A DNA stretch of 41,483 nucleotides. It comes from Gudongella sp. Lineage in GTDB: Bacteria; Bacillota; Clostridia; Tissierellales; Tissierellaceae. Positions 8,853-17,831 of the stretch are shown here, piece by piece (the stretch's first letter is position 1; each line of letters starts with the position of its first letter). The DNA lies in assembly GCA_036770525.1 (NCBI GenBank), contig DAIPJA010000001.1:1-41483 (forward strand), written 5' to 3'. Both the position numbers and the translations under genes were made by a program. The notes under the pieces were generated by a model. That model did no database searches and was not told where the DNA came from. It saw only the letters and a program-made list of their open reading frames with translations.

Positions 8853-9805
8853 TCTGTGTCACCTCCCCCACCTGAGCTTTTATCGAGTTTTTCAATTTTC
8901 TCCAGCAGCTCGGTAATGCCAAGAGCCTTATCCCATGTTGTCTTAACAAATTTGCCGTCGACTTTTCTAAATGGTGTTTCTGGCTCATCGACATACTTAA
9001 GCTCGGTTGCAAGCCTTCCCTTAAGGCACAAGGGTCTTCCGTTTGCAGGTGCTTTTGCAACGAGAGATATTCCCTTCCTTTTTACTGAATGTACCTCAAA
9101 TTCACATCCATATTCACATGCCTTGCAGGAGACGACCTTTTTCAGTGACTCCCAGCTTCTTACCTTGTTGTATTCTCTCTTATCCACCAATGCTCCTACA
9201 GGACACACGGCAACACAGCGGTTGCAGGATACACATGGTGATTCTTCTATTGATTCATCGGCTCCGAATATTATCCTGGTGTCATATCCTCTTTCAGCGA
9301 AAGCCAATACCCTTCGGTCAGATACCTGCGAACAGGTAAGCACACATTTACCACAGAGGATACACTTACTGTTGTCCTTTAATATGTACGGGCTTGACGT
9401 ATCCAGAAGCTGTGGCCTCATTGCACCGTCATGCTTTCTAAATGCCACGTCGTATTTGTAGGAATATTTTTGAAGCAGGCATTCACCTGCCTTCTGACAT
9501 GTAAGACAGTCGTTGGGATGACTGTCCAACAACAGCTGGAGCACGTCTCTTCTTGCATTTATAGTCTTTTCCGTTTCTGTCCTTACTTTCATACCATCCT
9601 TCACCAGGGTTGAGCATGAGGTTTGTAGCTTCTTGGTGCCCTCGATCTCAACCACACACATCCTGCAAGCCCCAAATATCTCAAGCGTTTCATCATAGCA
9701 GAGTGCAGGGATGTCTATACCCACCGACCTGGCAGCCTGAAGGACGGTCAACTCAGCAGATACCTCTGCAACTTTTCCGTCTATAGTCAACTTTACAGTT
9801 TTCAT
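8849..9805 (-). CDS. hylA: HylA-like Fe-S subunit (NuoG/FdhF N-terminal-like; 2Fe-2S plus several 4Fe-4S, no catalytic domain)
   Basis: IPALC..GACRMC..TSC, HPNDCLTCQKAGEC, CILCGKC, CVSCNRC, CKACEYGC..C; no H-cluster or Mo-bisPGD domain. Confidence 0.8.
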   Translation of the reverse strand: MKTVKLTIDGKVAEVSAELTVLQAARSVGIDIPALCYDETLEIFGACRMCVVEIEGTKKLQTSCSTLVKDGMKVRTETEKTINARRDVLQLLLDSHPNDCLTCQKAGECLLQKYSYKYDVAFRKHDGAMRPQLLDTSSPYILKDNSKCILCGKCVLTCSQVSDRRVLAFAERGYDTRIIFGADESIEESPCVSCNRCVAVCPVGALVDKREYNKVRSWESLKKVVSCKACEYGCEFEVHSVKRKGISLVAKAPANGRPLCLKGRLATELKYVDEPETPFRKVDGKFVKTTWDKALGITELLEKIEKLDKSSGGGGDTE

Positions 9806-9820
9806 CTCAAGCCTCCAGTA

Positions 9821-11410
9821 CTAACTTATTGATACTGCCTTGATCGGCTTAACAGGACATACGTCGTGGCATGCTCCGCACTTGATACACAGGGATTGGT
9901 CTATAACATGTCGCTCCTTCACCTTGCCTGTTATTGCTCCGACCGGGCAAGCCTTCGCACATCTTGTGCATCCGATGCAGGAATCCTCTATGAAGAATGT
10001 GATAAGTGCCTTACAGCTCTTTGCCGGACATTTCTTATCCCTTATATGTGCTTCGTACTCGTCCCTGTAGTACTTCAAAGTTGTAATTACAGGGTTCGGT
10101 GCAGTTTGTCCCAAACCGCAGAGAGAAGTGGAGGTTACTGTCTCGCAAAGCTTCTCAAGCTTTTCGATATCTCCTTCCTCACCCTCGCCTTTCGTTATCT
10201 TATCAAGTATTTCATATAGTCTCTTTGTGCCCTCTCTGCACGGTACACATTTACCACAGGATTCCTCGACGCTGAAATCGAGGAAAAACTTTGCTATGTC
10301 AACCATACAGGTATCCTCATCCATCACGACCATTCCACCGGATCCCATGATCGACCATATCTTGCCAAGTGATTCATAGTCAACAGGTGTATCAATAAGA
10401 TCAGCAGGGATACAGCCACCCGACGGGCCTCCAGTTTGGACGGCCTTATATTTCCTGCCGTTAGCTGCACCCCCGCCTATGTCAAAAATGATCTCTCTTA
10501 AGGTCATACCCATTGGTACCTCTACAAGCCCAGCATTTTCGACCTTGCCTACAAGAGCAAATACCTTAGTGCCAGGTGACTCCTCAGTACCTATGCCTCT
10601 AAACCATGGAGCTCCCTTGTCCATAATTATGGGTACATTGGCCAGGGTTTCAACGTTGTTTATTATTGTGGGCTTTCCCCAAAGGCCAACATGGGCTGTT
10701 CTGTGGAGCTTAGGTCTTGGCATGCCTCTTCTGCCCTCAATGGACTCCATAAGGGCGGTGCCCTCACCGCATACGAATGCTCCTGAGCCAAGTCTTAACT
10801 CTATATCGAAGTTGAATCCAGTTCCAAATATATTCTCTCCAAGCAATCCGTATTCCTTTGCCTGAGCTATGGCAATTTCAAGTCGTTTGACTGCCATTGG
10901 GTACTCTGCCCTGACATATATGTAGCCTTGATCTGACCCAATGGCGTATCCTCCAAGAGCCATGCCCTCAAGAACAGAGTGCGGGTCCTTCTCAAGGATC
11001 GATCTGTCCATAAAAGCTCCTGGATCTCCTTCATCGGCATTGCAAATCATGTATTTCTTATCTGCCTGAAACTTGTACGCTTCCTCCCACTTTTTACCTG
11101 TGGGGAACCCTGCTCCTCCTCTACCTCTCAGAAGGGATGCCTTGATCTCCTCGACGACATGCCCAGGCTCCATGGATGTCAATGCCTTATATAGTGCTCT
11201 GTATCCACCGAATGCTATGTATTCCTCTATGTTAGTAGGATCAATTATATCGCAGTTCTTTAGAGCTATCCTAAGCTGCTTTTCATAGAATTTTCCCTTA
11301 AGGACTACATCCTCACCCTTTATGACTACCTTATCCTCCCCTAGGAGTCTGTCAATGATAGGGGTCTTCAGATTTTCCCTAATAATATCCATTTTTTCCA
11401 ACGTCATCAT
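9821..11410 (-). CDS. hylB: NADH/FMN-binding NuoF/HydB-like subunit (HylB-like)
   Basis: [57 protein letters not shown]-terminal 2x[4Fe-4S]; start ATG 11410 (alternative GTG 11419). Confidence 0.88.
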   Translation of the reverse strand: MMTLEKMDIIRENLKTPIIDRLLGEDKVVIKGEDVVLKGKFYEKQLRIALKNCDIIDPTNIEEYIAFGGYRALYKALTSMEPGHVVEEIKASLLRGRGGAGFPTGKKWEEAYKFQADKKYMICNADEGDPGAFMDRSILEKDPHSVLEGMALGGYAIGSDQGYIYVRAEYPMAVKRLEIAIAQAKEYGLLGENIFGTGFNFDIELRLGSGAFVCGEGTALMESIEGRRGMPRPKLHRTAHVGLWGKPTIINNVETLANVPIIMDKGAPWFRGIGTEESPGTKVFALVGKVENAGLVEVPMGMTLREIIFDIGGGAANGRKYKAVQTGGPSGGCIPADLIDTPVDYESLGKIWSIMGSGGMVVMDEDTCMVDIAKFFLDFSVEESCGKCVPCREGTKRLYEILDKITKGEGEEGDIEKLEKLCETVTSTSLCGLGQTAPNPVITTLKYYRDEYEAHIRDKKCPAKSCKALITFFIEDSCIGCTRCAKACPVGAITGKVKERHVIDQSLCIKCGACHDVCPVKPIKAVSIS

Positions 11411-11422
11411 CGCGATCACCCC

Positions 11423-11908
11423 TTACATAAATTTTCCCAATATAGTCTTGATATCGTCCTTTTTGACCTTAGCATATACCTCTTCATTTACAAGTATAAC
11501 GGGAGCAATGCTGCAGTCGCCGACGCATCTGGCTGATGAGATCGAAAATCTCTGGTCTGGGGTGGTCTGGCCTGATTTGACACCAAGCTGATTTTCGATT
11601 TCCTCAAGAATGCTCTCAGCTCCCTTTACATAGCAGGCAGTCCCAAGGCACACACTGATTTTATTCTCTCCCTTTGGAATAAAAGTAAACTGTGAATAAA
11701 AGGTCGCTACTCCATATATTTCCGCCAATGGTATCTGAAGTCTTTTTGAAATAAGCTGCAGTATTTCCTTTGGAAGGTACCCAAAAACGTCCTGTGCATG
11801 CTGTAAAGCCGGCATCAAAGGACCGGGAGCTTTTTTCTTCTGGTCCAGGAAGCTCTTGAATTCCTGGATCGCCTTGGCATTTTTATTCATATCAAAGCTA
11901 AACTCCAT
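11423..11908 (-). CDS. hylC: NuoE/HydC-like [2Fe-2S] subunit (HylC-like)
   Basis: GVATFYSQF, VCLGTACYVKGA, RCVGDCSIAP. Confidence 0.88.
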   Translation of the reverse strand: MEFSFDMNKNAKAIQEFKSFLDQKKKAPGPLMPALQHAQDVFGYLPKEILQLISKRLQIPLAEIYGVATFYSQFTFIPKGENKISVCLGTACYVKGAESILEEIENQLGVKSGQTTPDQRFSISSARCVGDCSIAPVILVNEEVYAKVKKDDIKTILGKFM

Positions 11909-11977
11909 GTTTCTTCCTCCTATATTGTTAATTTTATGATGATAAAACTTAATTTTTGGAAAATTATATACCCTTTA

Positions 11978-12006
11978 AGGTTATAATAATTAAATACCCT
12001 TGTCAA
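11978..12006 (-). promoter_or_regulatory. Candidate sigma-A promoter of the fdh operon
   Basis: TTGACA-17 nt-TAACCT on the minus strand. Confidence 0.5.
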
Positions 12007-12088
12007 TTGAGATATTGAAAGCTCTCTATGCTTAAAATGGCCGAAAATCTGGACTTAATTTTACTGTATTATATAATTTATTTATGAG

Positions 12089-12388
12089 GTGATTATTTTG
12101 AATGATAAGAGTCCATTTATTATCATAATTGCTTGTTTAATTTTTGTCAATCTCTATTCCGTTTTCCTGTTCTGGCGAGATAAAAATCTTGCAAGGAGCC
12201 ACGGCTGGAGGATACCAGAGTCCAGGCTATTCCTTATTGCATTTTTTGGCGGTGCGATGGGTGCTATCCTTGGAATGAAGCTTTTCTCTCACAAAACAAA
12301 AAAGGCCAGTTTCCGTATTGGACTGCCCTTTTTATTGGTGTTGAACATAATATCCCTGTATTTCCTTATCCAAGCCATTATTGGGTAA
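12089..12388 (+). CDS. DUF1294 family small membrane protein
   Basis: DK..A....WRIPESRL..AFFGGAMGA..GM..FSHKTKKASF; true start may be TTG 12098 (SD GAGGTG). Confidence 0.85.
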   Translation: MIILNDKSPFIIIIACLIFVNLYSVFLFWRDKNLARSHGWRIPESRLFLIAFFGGAMGAILGMKLFSHKTKKASFRIGLPFLLVLNIISLYFLIQAIIG

Positions 12389-12402
12389 GGATCGCATTTT
12401 AT

Positions 12403-13116
12403 TTATTTACTGCAATACTCGATAAATCTCTTGAAGAGATCTACATATTCATCGTGCTTTTGTGCCATGGCCTCAGGATGGAACTGGACTGCCATAAGGA
12501 ACTTGTCGTTTACCGATTCGATCGCTTCGATAATACCATCTGAAGACTTTGCTGTTACCCTCAATCCCCTTCCAAGATCCTTTATCGCCTGATGGTGCTC
12601 TGAATTTACAAATATTCTCTTCTCTCCAAAAACATCATGGAGAATGCTCTTTTCCTCAAGCTCGATGGAGTGGTAGCCTTCCTCAGTGTTATATCCGCAT
12701 ACATGTCCGCCGATATTAGGGACCTGTTTGAATATGTCCTGGTACAGCGTACCTCCAAGGGCCACGTTTGCAAGCTGAAGACCCCTGCATATACCGAATA
12801 TTGGCAGTCCAGACTCATAGGCTTTCTTAAATAACCCCCACTCTGTCTTGTCTCTGTCGTGGCTTATTACATTTACTTCCTTCATAGGCTCTTCACCAAA
12901 GTAATGAGGCCATATATCCTCACCGCCAGTGAAAATTATCCCATCCAAAGCCTTGATATAATTTTCGCTCAAGGAGTCATCCCCCTGGACCGGGATAAGG
13001 AGTGGAACTCCTCCAGCCTTAATTACTGCGTCGATGTAGGGCTGATTTATCCTGGTTATCTTCTTTCCCACCATTACATCCTGTTGTGTCGTAAGACCTA
13101 TTACAGGTTTTTTCAT
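12403..13116 (-). CDS. Gamma-glutamyl-gamma-aminobutyrate hydrolase family (peptidase C26, PuuD-like)
   Basis: KPVIG, TGGEDI, GICRGLQ (nucleophile Cys), VNSEHHQA, QFHPE. Confidence 0.88.
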   Translation of the reverse strand: MKKPVIGLTTQQDVMVGKKITRINQPYIDAVIKAGGVPLLIPVQGDDSLSENYIKALDGIIFTGGEDIWPHYFGEEPMKEVNVISHDRDKTEWGLFKKAYESGLPIFGICRGLQLANVALGGTLYQDIFKQVPNIGGHVCGYNTEEGYHSIELEEKSILHDVFGEKRIFVNSEHHQAIKDLGRGLRVTAKSSDGIIEAIESVNDKFLMAVQFHPEAMAQKHDEYVDLFKRFIEYCSK

Positions 13117-13128
13117 CCAATTACCTCC

Positions 13129-13887
13129 CTATAGATATTTTTCAAGCCAGCTTCCCATCTCCTCCATCATATTTGTGGTTACGAAGTGGTTAAGCTGCTT
13201 GTATGTTGACATCATGATTTGATCCTGCCTTATATATTGTTTTTTCAGAGTATCATAAAACTCCTTCTGCGGACCAATATCAACCACCGTGTCGTCCTCT
13301 CCGTGAAGGATCAGGATCGGTCTATCCTTAAGATTATCAAGCTTTTTCATCGGATCCAGCTCAATGACTTTTTTATCGATCTCAATGAATCGCTCAGCTC
13401 TTTCTATACCCAATGTCTGTACTAAGATATCATTGCTTTTCTGCCAGGATCCTGAACCATTGAGAACAACAAGTGTCTTTGGCAATTTATTTATGGCAAA
13501 TATACCGGTAGAGGTAAATCCACCCATTGAGTGTCCTGAAAGGGCAATTCGATTTTCATCCGCATCGTGGGATCGTATAAGACCATCTATCAGTTGATCT
13601 GATTCCTCGAGATTCTTAAAAACTACCTCCCAGAACACACCTGCATTCTCTTTGGCCCCATAATCGACCCTTCCTCTATCTCCGTGAAAAATTGCATCCG
13701 GAAGAAGCACCTGGTATCCCAGGCTGGCCAGTATAAATCCCCTGAAGCTCTGAGCATCCTTATTGGAGGTCCATCCATGGTAAAAGATCACAGTGGGGTA
13801 CTTTTCCTGCTTTTCTTTGGGTCTCATTAAAATAGATGGTACACCTGCGATTTCAATTCTTTTGACTATTATGTTTGGATAATTCAT
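13129..13887 (-). CDS. Alpha/beta-fold hydrolase (esterase, YjfP-like)
   Basis: [20 protein letters not shown] nucleophile elbow, [13 protein letters not shown]. Confidence 0.82.
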   Translation of the reverse strand: MNYPNIIVKRIEIAGVPSILMRPKEKQEKYPTVIFYHGWTSNKDAQSFRGFILASLGYQVLLPDAIFHGDRGRVDYGAKENAGVFWEVVFKNLEESDQLIDGLIRSHDADENRIALSGHSMGGFTSTGIFAINKLPKTLVVLNGSGSWQKSNDILVQTLGIERAERFIEIDKKVIELDPMKKLDNLKDRPILILHGEDDTVVDIGPQKEFYDTLKKQYIRQDQIMMSTYKQLNHFVTTNMMEEMGSWLEKYL

Positions 13888-14576
13888 CGACTCCCCCCTT
13901 CATCTTCGTCAAGTTTCCAGTCTATCGGATCAACTCCGCAATTTTCAAGGAAATGATTTGTCCTTGAAAATGGCCTTGATCCGAAAAATCCTCTATATGC
14001 AGAAAGCGGACTGGGATGGGGTGATTTTATGACGTAATGCCTTTTCTGGTCTATCATTGATTCCTTGCGGATCGCAGGCGCTCCCCATAGGATGAAAACA
14101 ATCGGCTTATCTCTTTCATTCAGGAGCCTTATAATATGATCGGTGAATTGCTCCCACCCCTTATCGCGGTGAGAATTTGCCTCACCCTTTCGAACCGTTA
14201 ATACAGTATTGAGGAGAAGAACACCTTCTCTTGCCCACTTTTCAAGACATCCGTGGTTTGGGATTGGAAAACCCAGATCATCCTTCATCTCCTTGTATAT
14301 GTTTACAAGGGATGGTGGAGCGGGAACGCCCCTTCTTACACTAAAGCTAAGACCATGTGCCTGATTTGGACCATGGTAAGGGTCCTGACCAAGAATTACA
14401 GCCTTTACATCATTATAATCAGTATAATGCAGTGCATTGAAAATGCTGTACATATCAGGATATATTGTATTGGTCTTGTATTCCTCTAATAGGAACTGGC
14501 GAAGCTTTTTATAATACGGCTTCTCCATCTCAGGAAGGAGAAGCTCCTGCCAGCTATTCTTAAATATCTCTGCCAT
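13884..14576 (-). CDS. ung: Uracil-DNA glycosylase (family 1)
   Basis: [23 protein letters not shown]. Confidence 0.96.
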   Translation of the reverse strand: MAEIFKNSWQELLLPEMEKPYYKKLRQFLLEEYKTNTIYPDMYSIFNALHYTDYNDVKAVILGQDPYHGPNQAHGLSFSVRRGVPAPPSLVNIYKEMKDDLGFPIPNHGCLEKWAREGVLLLNTVLTVRKGEANSHRDKGWEQFTDHIIRLLNERDKPIVFILWGAPAIRKESMIDQKRHYVIKSPHPSPLSAYRGFFGSRPFSRTNHFLENCGVDPIDWKLDEDEGGSR

Positions 14577-14588
14577 AGCTTCCTCCGA

Positions 14589-15749
14589 CTAATCTACAAG
14601 GTAATCTACAACTTCAGGGGGTCTGTTCTCCTTGGTGTATACCCTGGGAAGTCTTCTTGAAAGCATGCACATTACGGCAGCAGGTATCTGTCCAATAAGA
14701 CCGGCAATCTCCTCGATTGTAATTTCCTCATTACCCTGGCGACCCATAAGAACCGCCTCTTCTCCTCTTTTAGCATCGATCCCTGTAACATCTACCATCA
14801 TCTGATCCATGCATACTCTGCCTATTATTGGAGCCCGCTTACCGTTTATCAGCACAGATCCTTTGTTGCTTAGTGCTCTGCTCCATCCATCCGCATAGCC
14901 GATTGGAAGAGTTGCGGCTTTTATTCTCGATGGAGCGGTATAGGTAAGTCCATAGCCGATCTTTTCTCCTGCTTCCAGGTCCTTTACATGAGATATCTGT
15001 GCTCTTAGGGTTAGGCAGCTCTTAAGTGGAAGGAAATCTCTGTCTGCTTCAGGAAATGGGTATACTCCATACAAAATTATCCCCGCTCTGACCATGTCCA
15101 GACTATATTCAGGAAGATTCATGATCGCAGCGCTGTTGTTGACGTGCTTAATTGGTATCTTAAAGCCTTTCTCCTCAAGCTGTTTTGTGAAGCTTTCAAA
15201 TTTTCTCATGGAATTTTCGGTATATTCCAGATCGTCGTCAGCTGCGGGGAAATGTGTAAATATACCCTCAACTATGACGTTATCCATTTCTCTGATTTTC
15301 AAGATACTCAACAACGAATCTTCGTTTGGAAGGAATCCCAGGCGATTCATCCCCGTCTCTATCTTTAAGTGAATTATTGCATCTCTTTTAAGCCAGGCTG
15401 CAATCTTCGATAGCTGCTCTGCTTGTTCAGGAAGATATACTGCAGTTCTTATCCCATGCTCAATGGCTGCTTCATAAAGATACTCAGGTGTGTACCCCAT
15501 CACGAGTATCTGGGCATGAGGGAGGCGCTTTCGAATCTCAAGAGCTTCTGACAAAGTAGCAACACCAAATCTCGTTACACCCAGGCTAAACAGCTCTCTT
15601 GCGATCTTGATTGCCCCATGGCCGTAGGCGTCAGCCTTAAGCACAGCCATGATATCAGAGCCTTCGGGGACGACTTTTCTTATCTCCCTAAAATTGTAGT
15701 GCAGCCTGTCCAGGTCTATCTGAAGCCAGGCAGGTCTTGTTAGCTCCAT
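14589..15749 (-). CDS. alr: Alanine racemase-family PLP enzyme
   Basis: AVLKADAYGHG, HLKIETGMNRLG, IGYG, GRVCMDQ; atypical C-terminal QIPAAV (see findings). Confidence 0.88.
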   Translation of the reverse strand: MELTRPAWLQIDLDRLHYNFREIRKVVPEGSDIMAVLKADAYGHGAIKIARELFSLGVTRFGVATLSEALEIRKRLPHAQILVMGYTPEYLYEAAIEHGIRTAVYLPEQAEQLSKIAAWLKRDAIIHLKIETGMNRLGFLPNEDSLLSILKIREMDNVIVEGIFTHFPAADDDLEYTENSMRKFESFTKQLEEKGFKIPIKHVNNSAAIMNLPEYSLDMVRAGIILYGVYPFPEADRDFLPLKSCLTLRAQISHVKDLEAGEKIGYGLTYTAPSRIKAATLPIGYADGWSRALSNKGSVLINGKRAPIIGRVCMDQMMVDVTGIDAKRGEEAVLMGRQGNEEITIEEIAGLIGQIPAAVMCMLSRRLPRVYTKENRPPEVVDYLVD

Positions 15750-15752
15750 TGT

Positions 15753-16502
15753 TCAATCCCCCTCTTCGATTAGGTTCTTCCAATATCTAACCGGCATCAT
15801 TCTCTTCTTAAGCCTCATGTTTTTTCTGCTTTCTATGGATAGATGCCTGTAATAGGCCTTCCACATTTCCTGATAAGTCTCTTCCCCCTCCTTGAGGACG
15901 ATATCCTCCGGAGTTTCGAGATTCCTGATCACCCATTCATTCTTGTCGTAAAAAACTGCTATTCCCCTTCCAGCATCGTGTAATATCCAATACTCAGATG
16001 GCATCCTGGCAGCAAAATGGGGTGCCAGAAGAGCAATCACGTTATGGTCGGGATCAATCTTCGAGTAGAACACTCCGCTCTCCAACCGTTTGAATCTAAT
16101 AAGCCCTGCCAGCCTGTGCTTTTCCATCGCAACCCTATTATAAAGCTTTTCTGACTTAAGCACTGAAGGCTCAGCGTGATAGTCGTCCACAGCTGCTCCA
16201 AGCTTAAAGCCGATCCTCAGGTAGTTCAAGATTATTATACCACTTTCAGGTTCCTCAGATAAATAGATGTAAAAAATCCTTCTGAGAGCATCATGGGAAA
16301 TTTTCTCCTCTACTGCCCTGTATACCCTGTCAGCTTTGTCTGCATCAGTGTAGATCATTTTAGTCGAGGACAAAAGATTCGGCTGGGCTGCACCTTCCCA
16401 AATTATTTCTGAAGGATCTTCCTTAGCGTAATATGCTTCCCAAACTGCAGTAAGCAACCCTTCAAAGGAGCCGTCATATAGGTAGCGCAATGTTGAGCTC
16501 AT
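15753..16502 (-). CDS. Putative DNA repair protein, TIGR03915/DUF4130 family
   Basis: YLYDGSFEGLLT, EKHRLAGLIRF, APHFAARM, W.AYY.....ESRKN....MPVRYWKNL; ATG 16502 after SD GGGAGG. Confidence 0.88.
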   Translation of the reverse strand: MSSTLRYLYDGSFEGLLTAVWEAYYAKEDPSEIIWEGAAQPNLLSSTKMIYTDADKADRVYRAVEEKISHDALRRIFYIYLSEEPESGIIILNYLRIGFKLGAAVDDYHAEPSVLKSEKLYNRVAMEKHRLAGLIRFKRLESGVFYSKIDPDHNVIALLAPHFAARMPSEYWILHDAGRGIAVFYDKNEWVIRNLETPEDIVLKEGEETYQEMWKAYYRHLSIESRKNMRLKKRMMPVRYWKNLIEEGD

Positions 16503-17757
16503 TACCCATGCCTCCCTCAAGGTCAAATAGTGACATTTGTCTTGGATCGTTCTTGCTGCTGTCACCAAGGATATTGGTTCTGATGTTCACGGGCTCCATC
16601 GATTTGATGCCTGAATGTTTGCCCTTACAGGTGATGAAGTACTTTGCCCTTTTCAAAACTACCCCTAACTTTTTCAGATCATCAAAGTCAAGCTGACAGA
16701 ATCTCCTGCTGGATACTATCCTTTGAGCCGATTTTACGCCGATTCCAGGTACTCTAAGCAGCATGTGATACTCTGCTTTGTTTATCTCAATAGGGAATTT
16801 GTCGATGTTTCTCAGAGCCCAGTCACATTTTGGATCAAGCAACAGGTCAAAATCAGGCTTATCCTCACTTAACAGCTCATCGGAATTGAAGCCATAGAAT
16901 CTTAACAGCCAATCAGCCTGGTAAAGCCTGTTTTCCCTTACCAGGGGAGGGCTTGAAATTCGTGGCAGTAATGGGTTGGTTGAAACCGGAACAAATGCAG
17001 AATAGTAGACTCTTTTTAACTGAAAGTCATTGTAAAGACCTTCTGAAAGCTTGAGTATCCTGTAATCGGAATCCCTCGTAGCTCCAACGATCAATTGAGT
17101 GGTTTGACCTGCAGGAACAAATTTCGGGGAGTTCCTGAAAATTTTTCGCTCCTCAATTGACTGGAGCATTCCCTGTTTGATGTCATTCATTGGACCCAGG
17201 ATCTCATTTTGTTTCTTTTGGGGTGCCAGCATTTTTAATCCGTCCTCGGTTGGAAGCTCTATGTTGACACTCATTCTGTCCGCATAACGTCCAGCTTGAT
17301 CAAGGAGCTTTTTGTCTGCACCCGGAATAGCCTTTAAATGGATGTAACCATTGAAATTTTCAACATCCCTAAGCTTCTTAAGTATCTCTATGAACTGCTC
17401 CATGGTATGATCTGGGCTTTTTACCACTGCAGAGCTTAGAAACAAGCCCTCGATATAATTCCGTTTATAGAAGTTAATTGTGATGTCTACAACCTCCTCT
17501 GGAGTGAAGGTGGCTCTTGGGAGGTCATTTGATGATCTGTTCACACAATATACACAGTCGTAGATGCAGCTGTTGGACATGAGTATTTTTAAAAGAGATA
17601 TGCACCTTCCATCATCTGTCCAGCTGTGACATATTCCCGCTGCACTTGCATTGCCAAGCCCTCCCTTTTTGTTTTGCCTGTTGCTTCCACTGGAGGAGCA
17701 GGATACGTCGTATTTTGCCGCATCGGCAAGAATCTCAAGCTTTCTTAATGCATCCAT
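16474..17757 (-). CDS. Putative DNA modification/repair radical SAM protein (TIGR03916 type)
   Basis: AAKYDVSCSSSG, GICHSW..DGRCISLLK, CIYDCVYC, RLYQADWLLRFYGF, HhH LLRVPGIG. Confidence 0.92.
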   Translation of the reverse strand: MDALRKLEILADAAKYDVSCSSSGSNRQNKKGGLGNASAAGICHSWTDDGRCISLLKILMSNSCIYDCVYCVNRSSNDLPRATFTPEEVVDITINFYKRNYIEGLFLSSAVVKSPDHTMEQFIEILKKLRDVENFNGYIHLKAIPGADKKLLDQAGRYADRMSVNIELPTEDGLKMLAPQKKQNEILGPMNDIKQGMLQSIEERKIFRNSPKFVPAGQTTQLIVGATRDSDYRILKLSEGLYNDFQLKRVYYSAFVPVSTNPLLPRISSPPLVRENRLYQADWLLRFYGFNSDELLSEDKPDFDLLLDPKCDWALRNIDKFPIEINKAEYHMLLRVPGIGVKSAQRIVSSRRFCQLDFDDLKKLGVVLKRAKYFITCKGKHSGIKSMEPVNIRTNILGDSSKNDPRQMSLFDLEGGMGNELNIALPI

Positions 17758-17790
17758 AAAAAACACCTCAAGACAGGTTTTCTTGAGGTG
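17758..17790 (-). terminator. Intrinsic terminator after trkH containing the SD of the radical SAM gene
   Basis: Perfect 10-bp stem CACCTCAAGA/TCTTGAGGTG followed by TTTTTT and then ATG. Confidence 0.7.
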
Positions 17791-17819
17791 ATTATATCAT
17801 AATTTAAAATATCAATCAA
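17791..17819 (-). promoter_or_regulatory. Sigma-A promoter of the radical SAM operon
   Basis: TTGATT-17 nt-TATAAT with extended -10 TG. Confidence 0.75.
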
Positions 17820-17830
17820 ACATTTGTTCG
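17817..17830. promoter_or_regulatory. LexA (Firmicute SOS/Cheo) box
   Basis: CGAAC-AAAT-GTTTG on the minus strand vs consensus CGAAC-N4-GTTCG; overlaps the -35. Confidence 0.78.
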
Positions 17831-17831
17831 A

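Noticed and set aside
8550..9461. 303-aa plus-strand ORF and the many other short antisense ORFs in the track
   Set aside because: Shadows of well-supported opposite-strand genes; no SD or recognisable motifs
8849..9805. [FeFe]-hydrogenase catalytic subunit
   Set aside because: No H-cluster motifs (TSCCP, MPC, ExMxCxxGC); only Fe-S relay domains
11925..11942. Rex operator upstream of hylC
   Set aside because: Only one half-site (TTGTTAA) matches; the other arm is not palindromic
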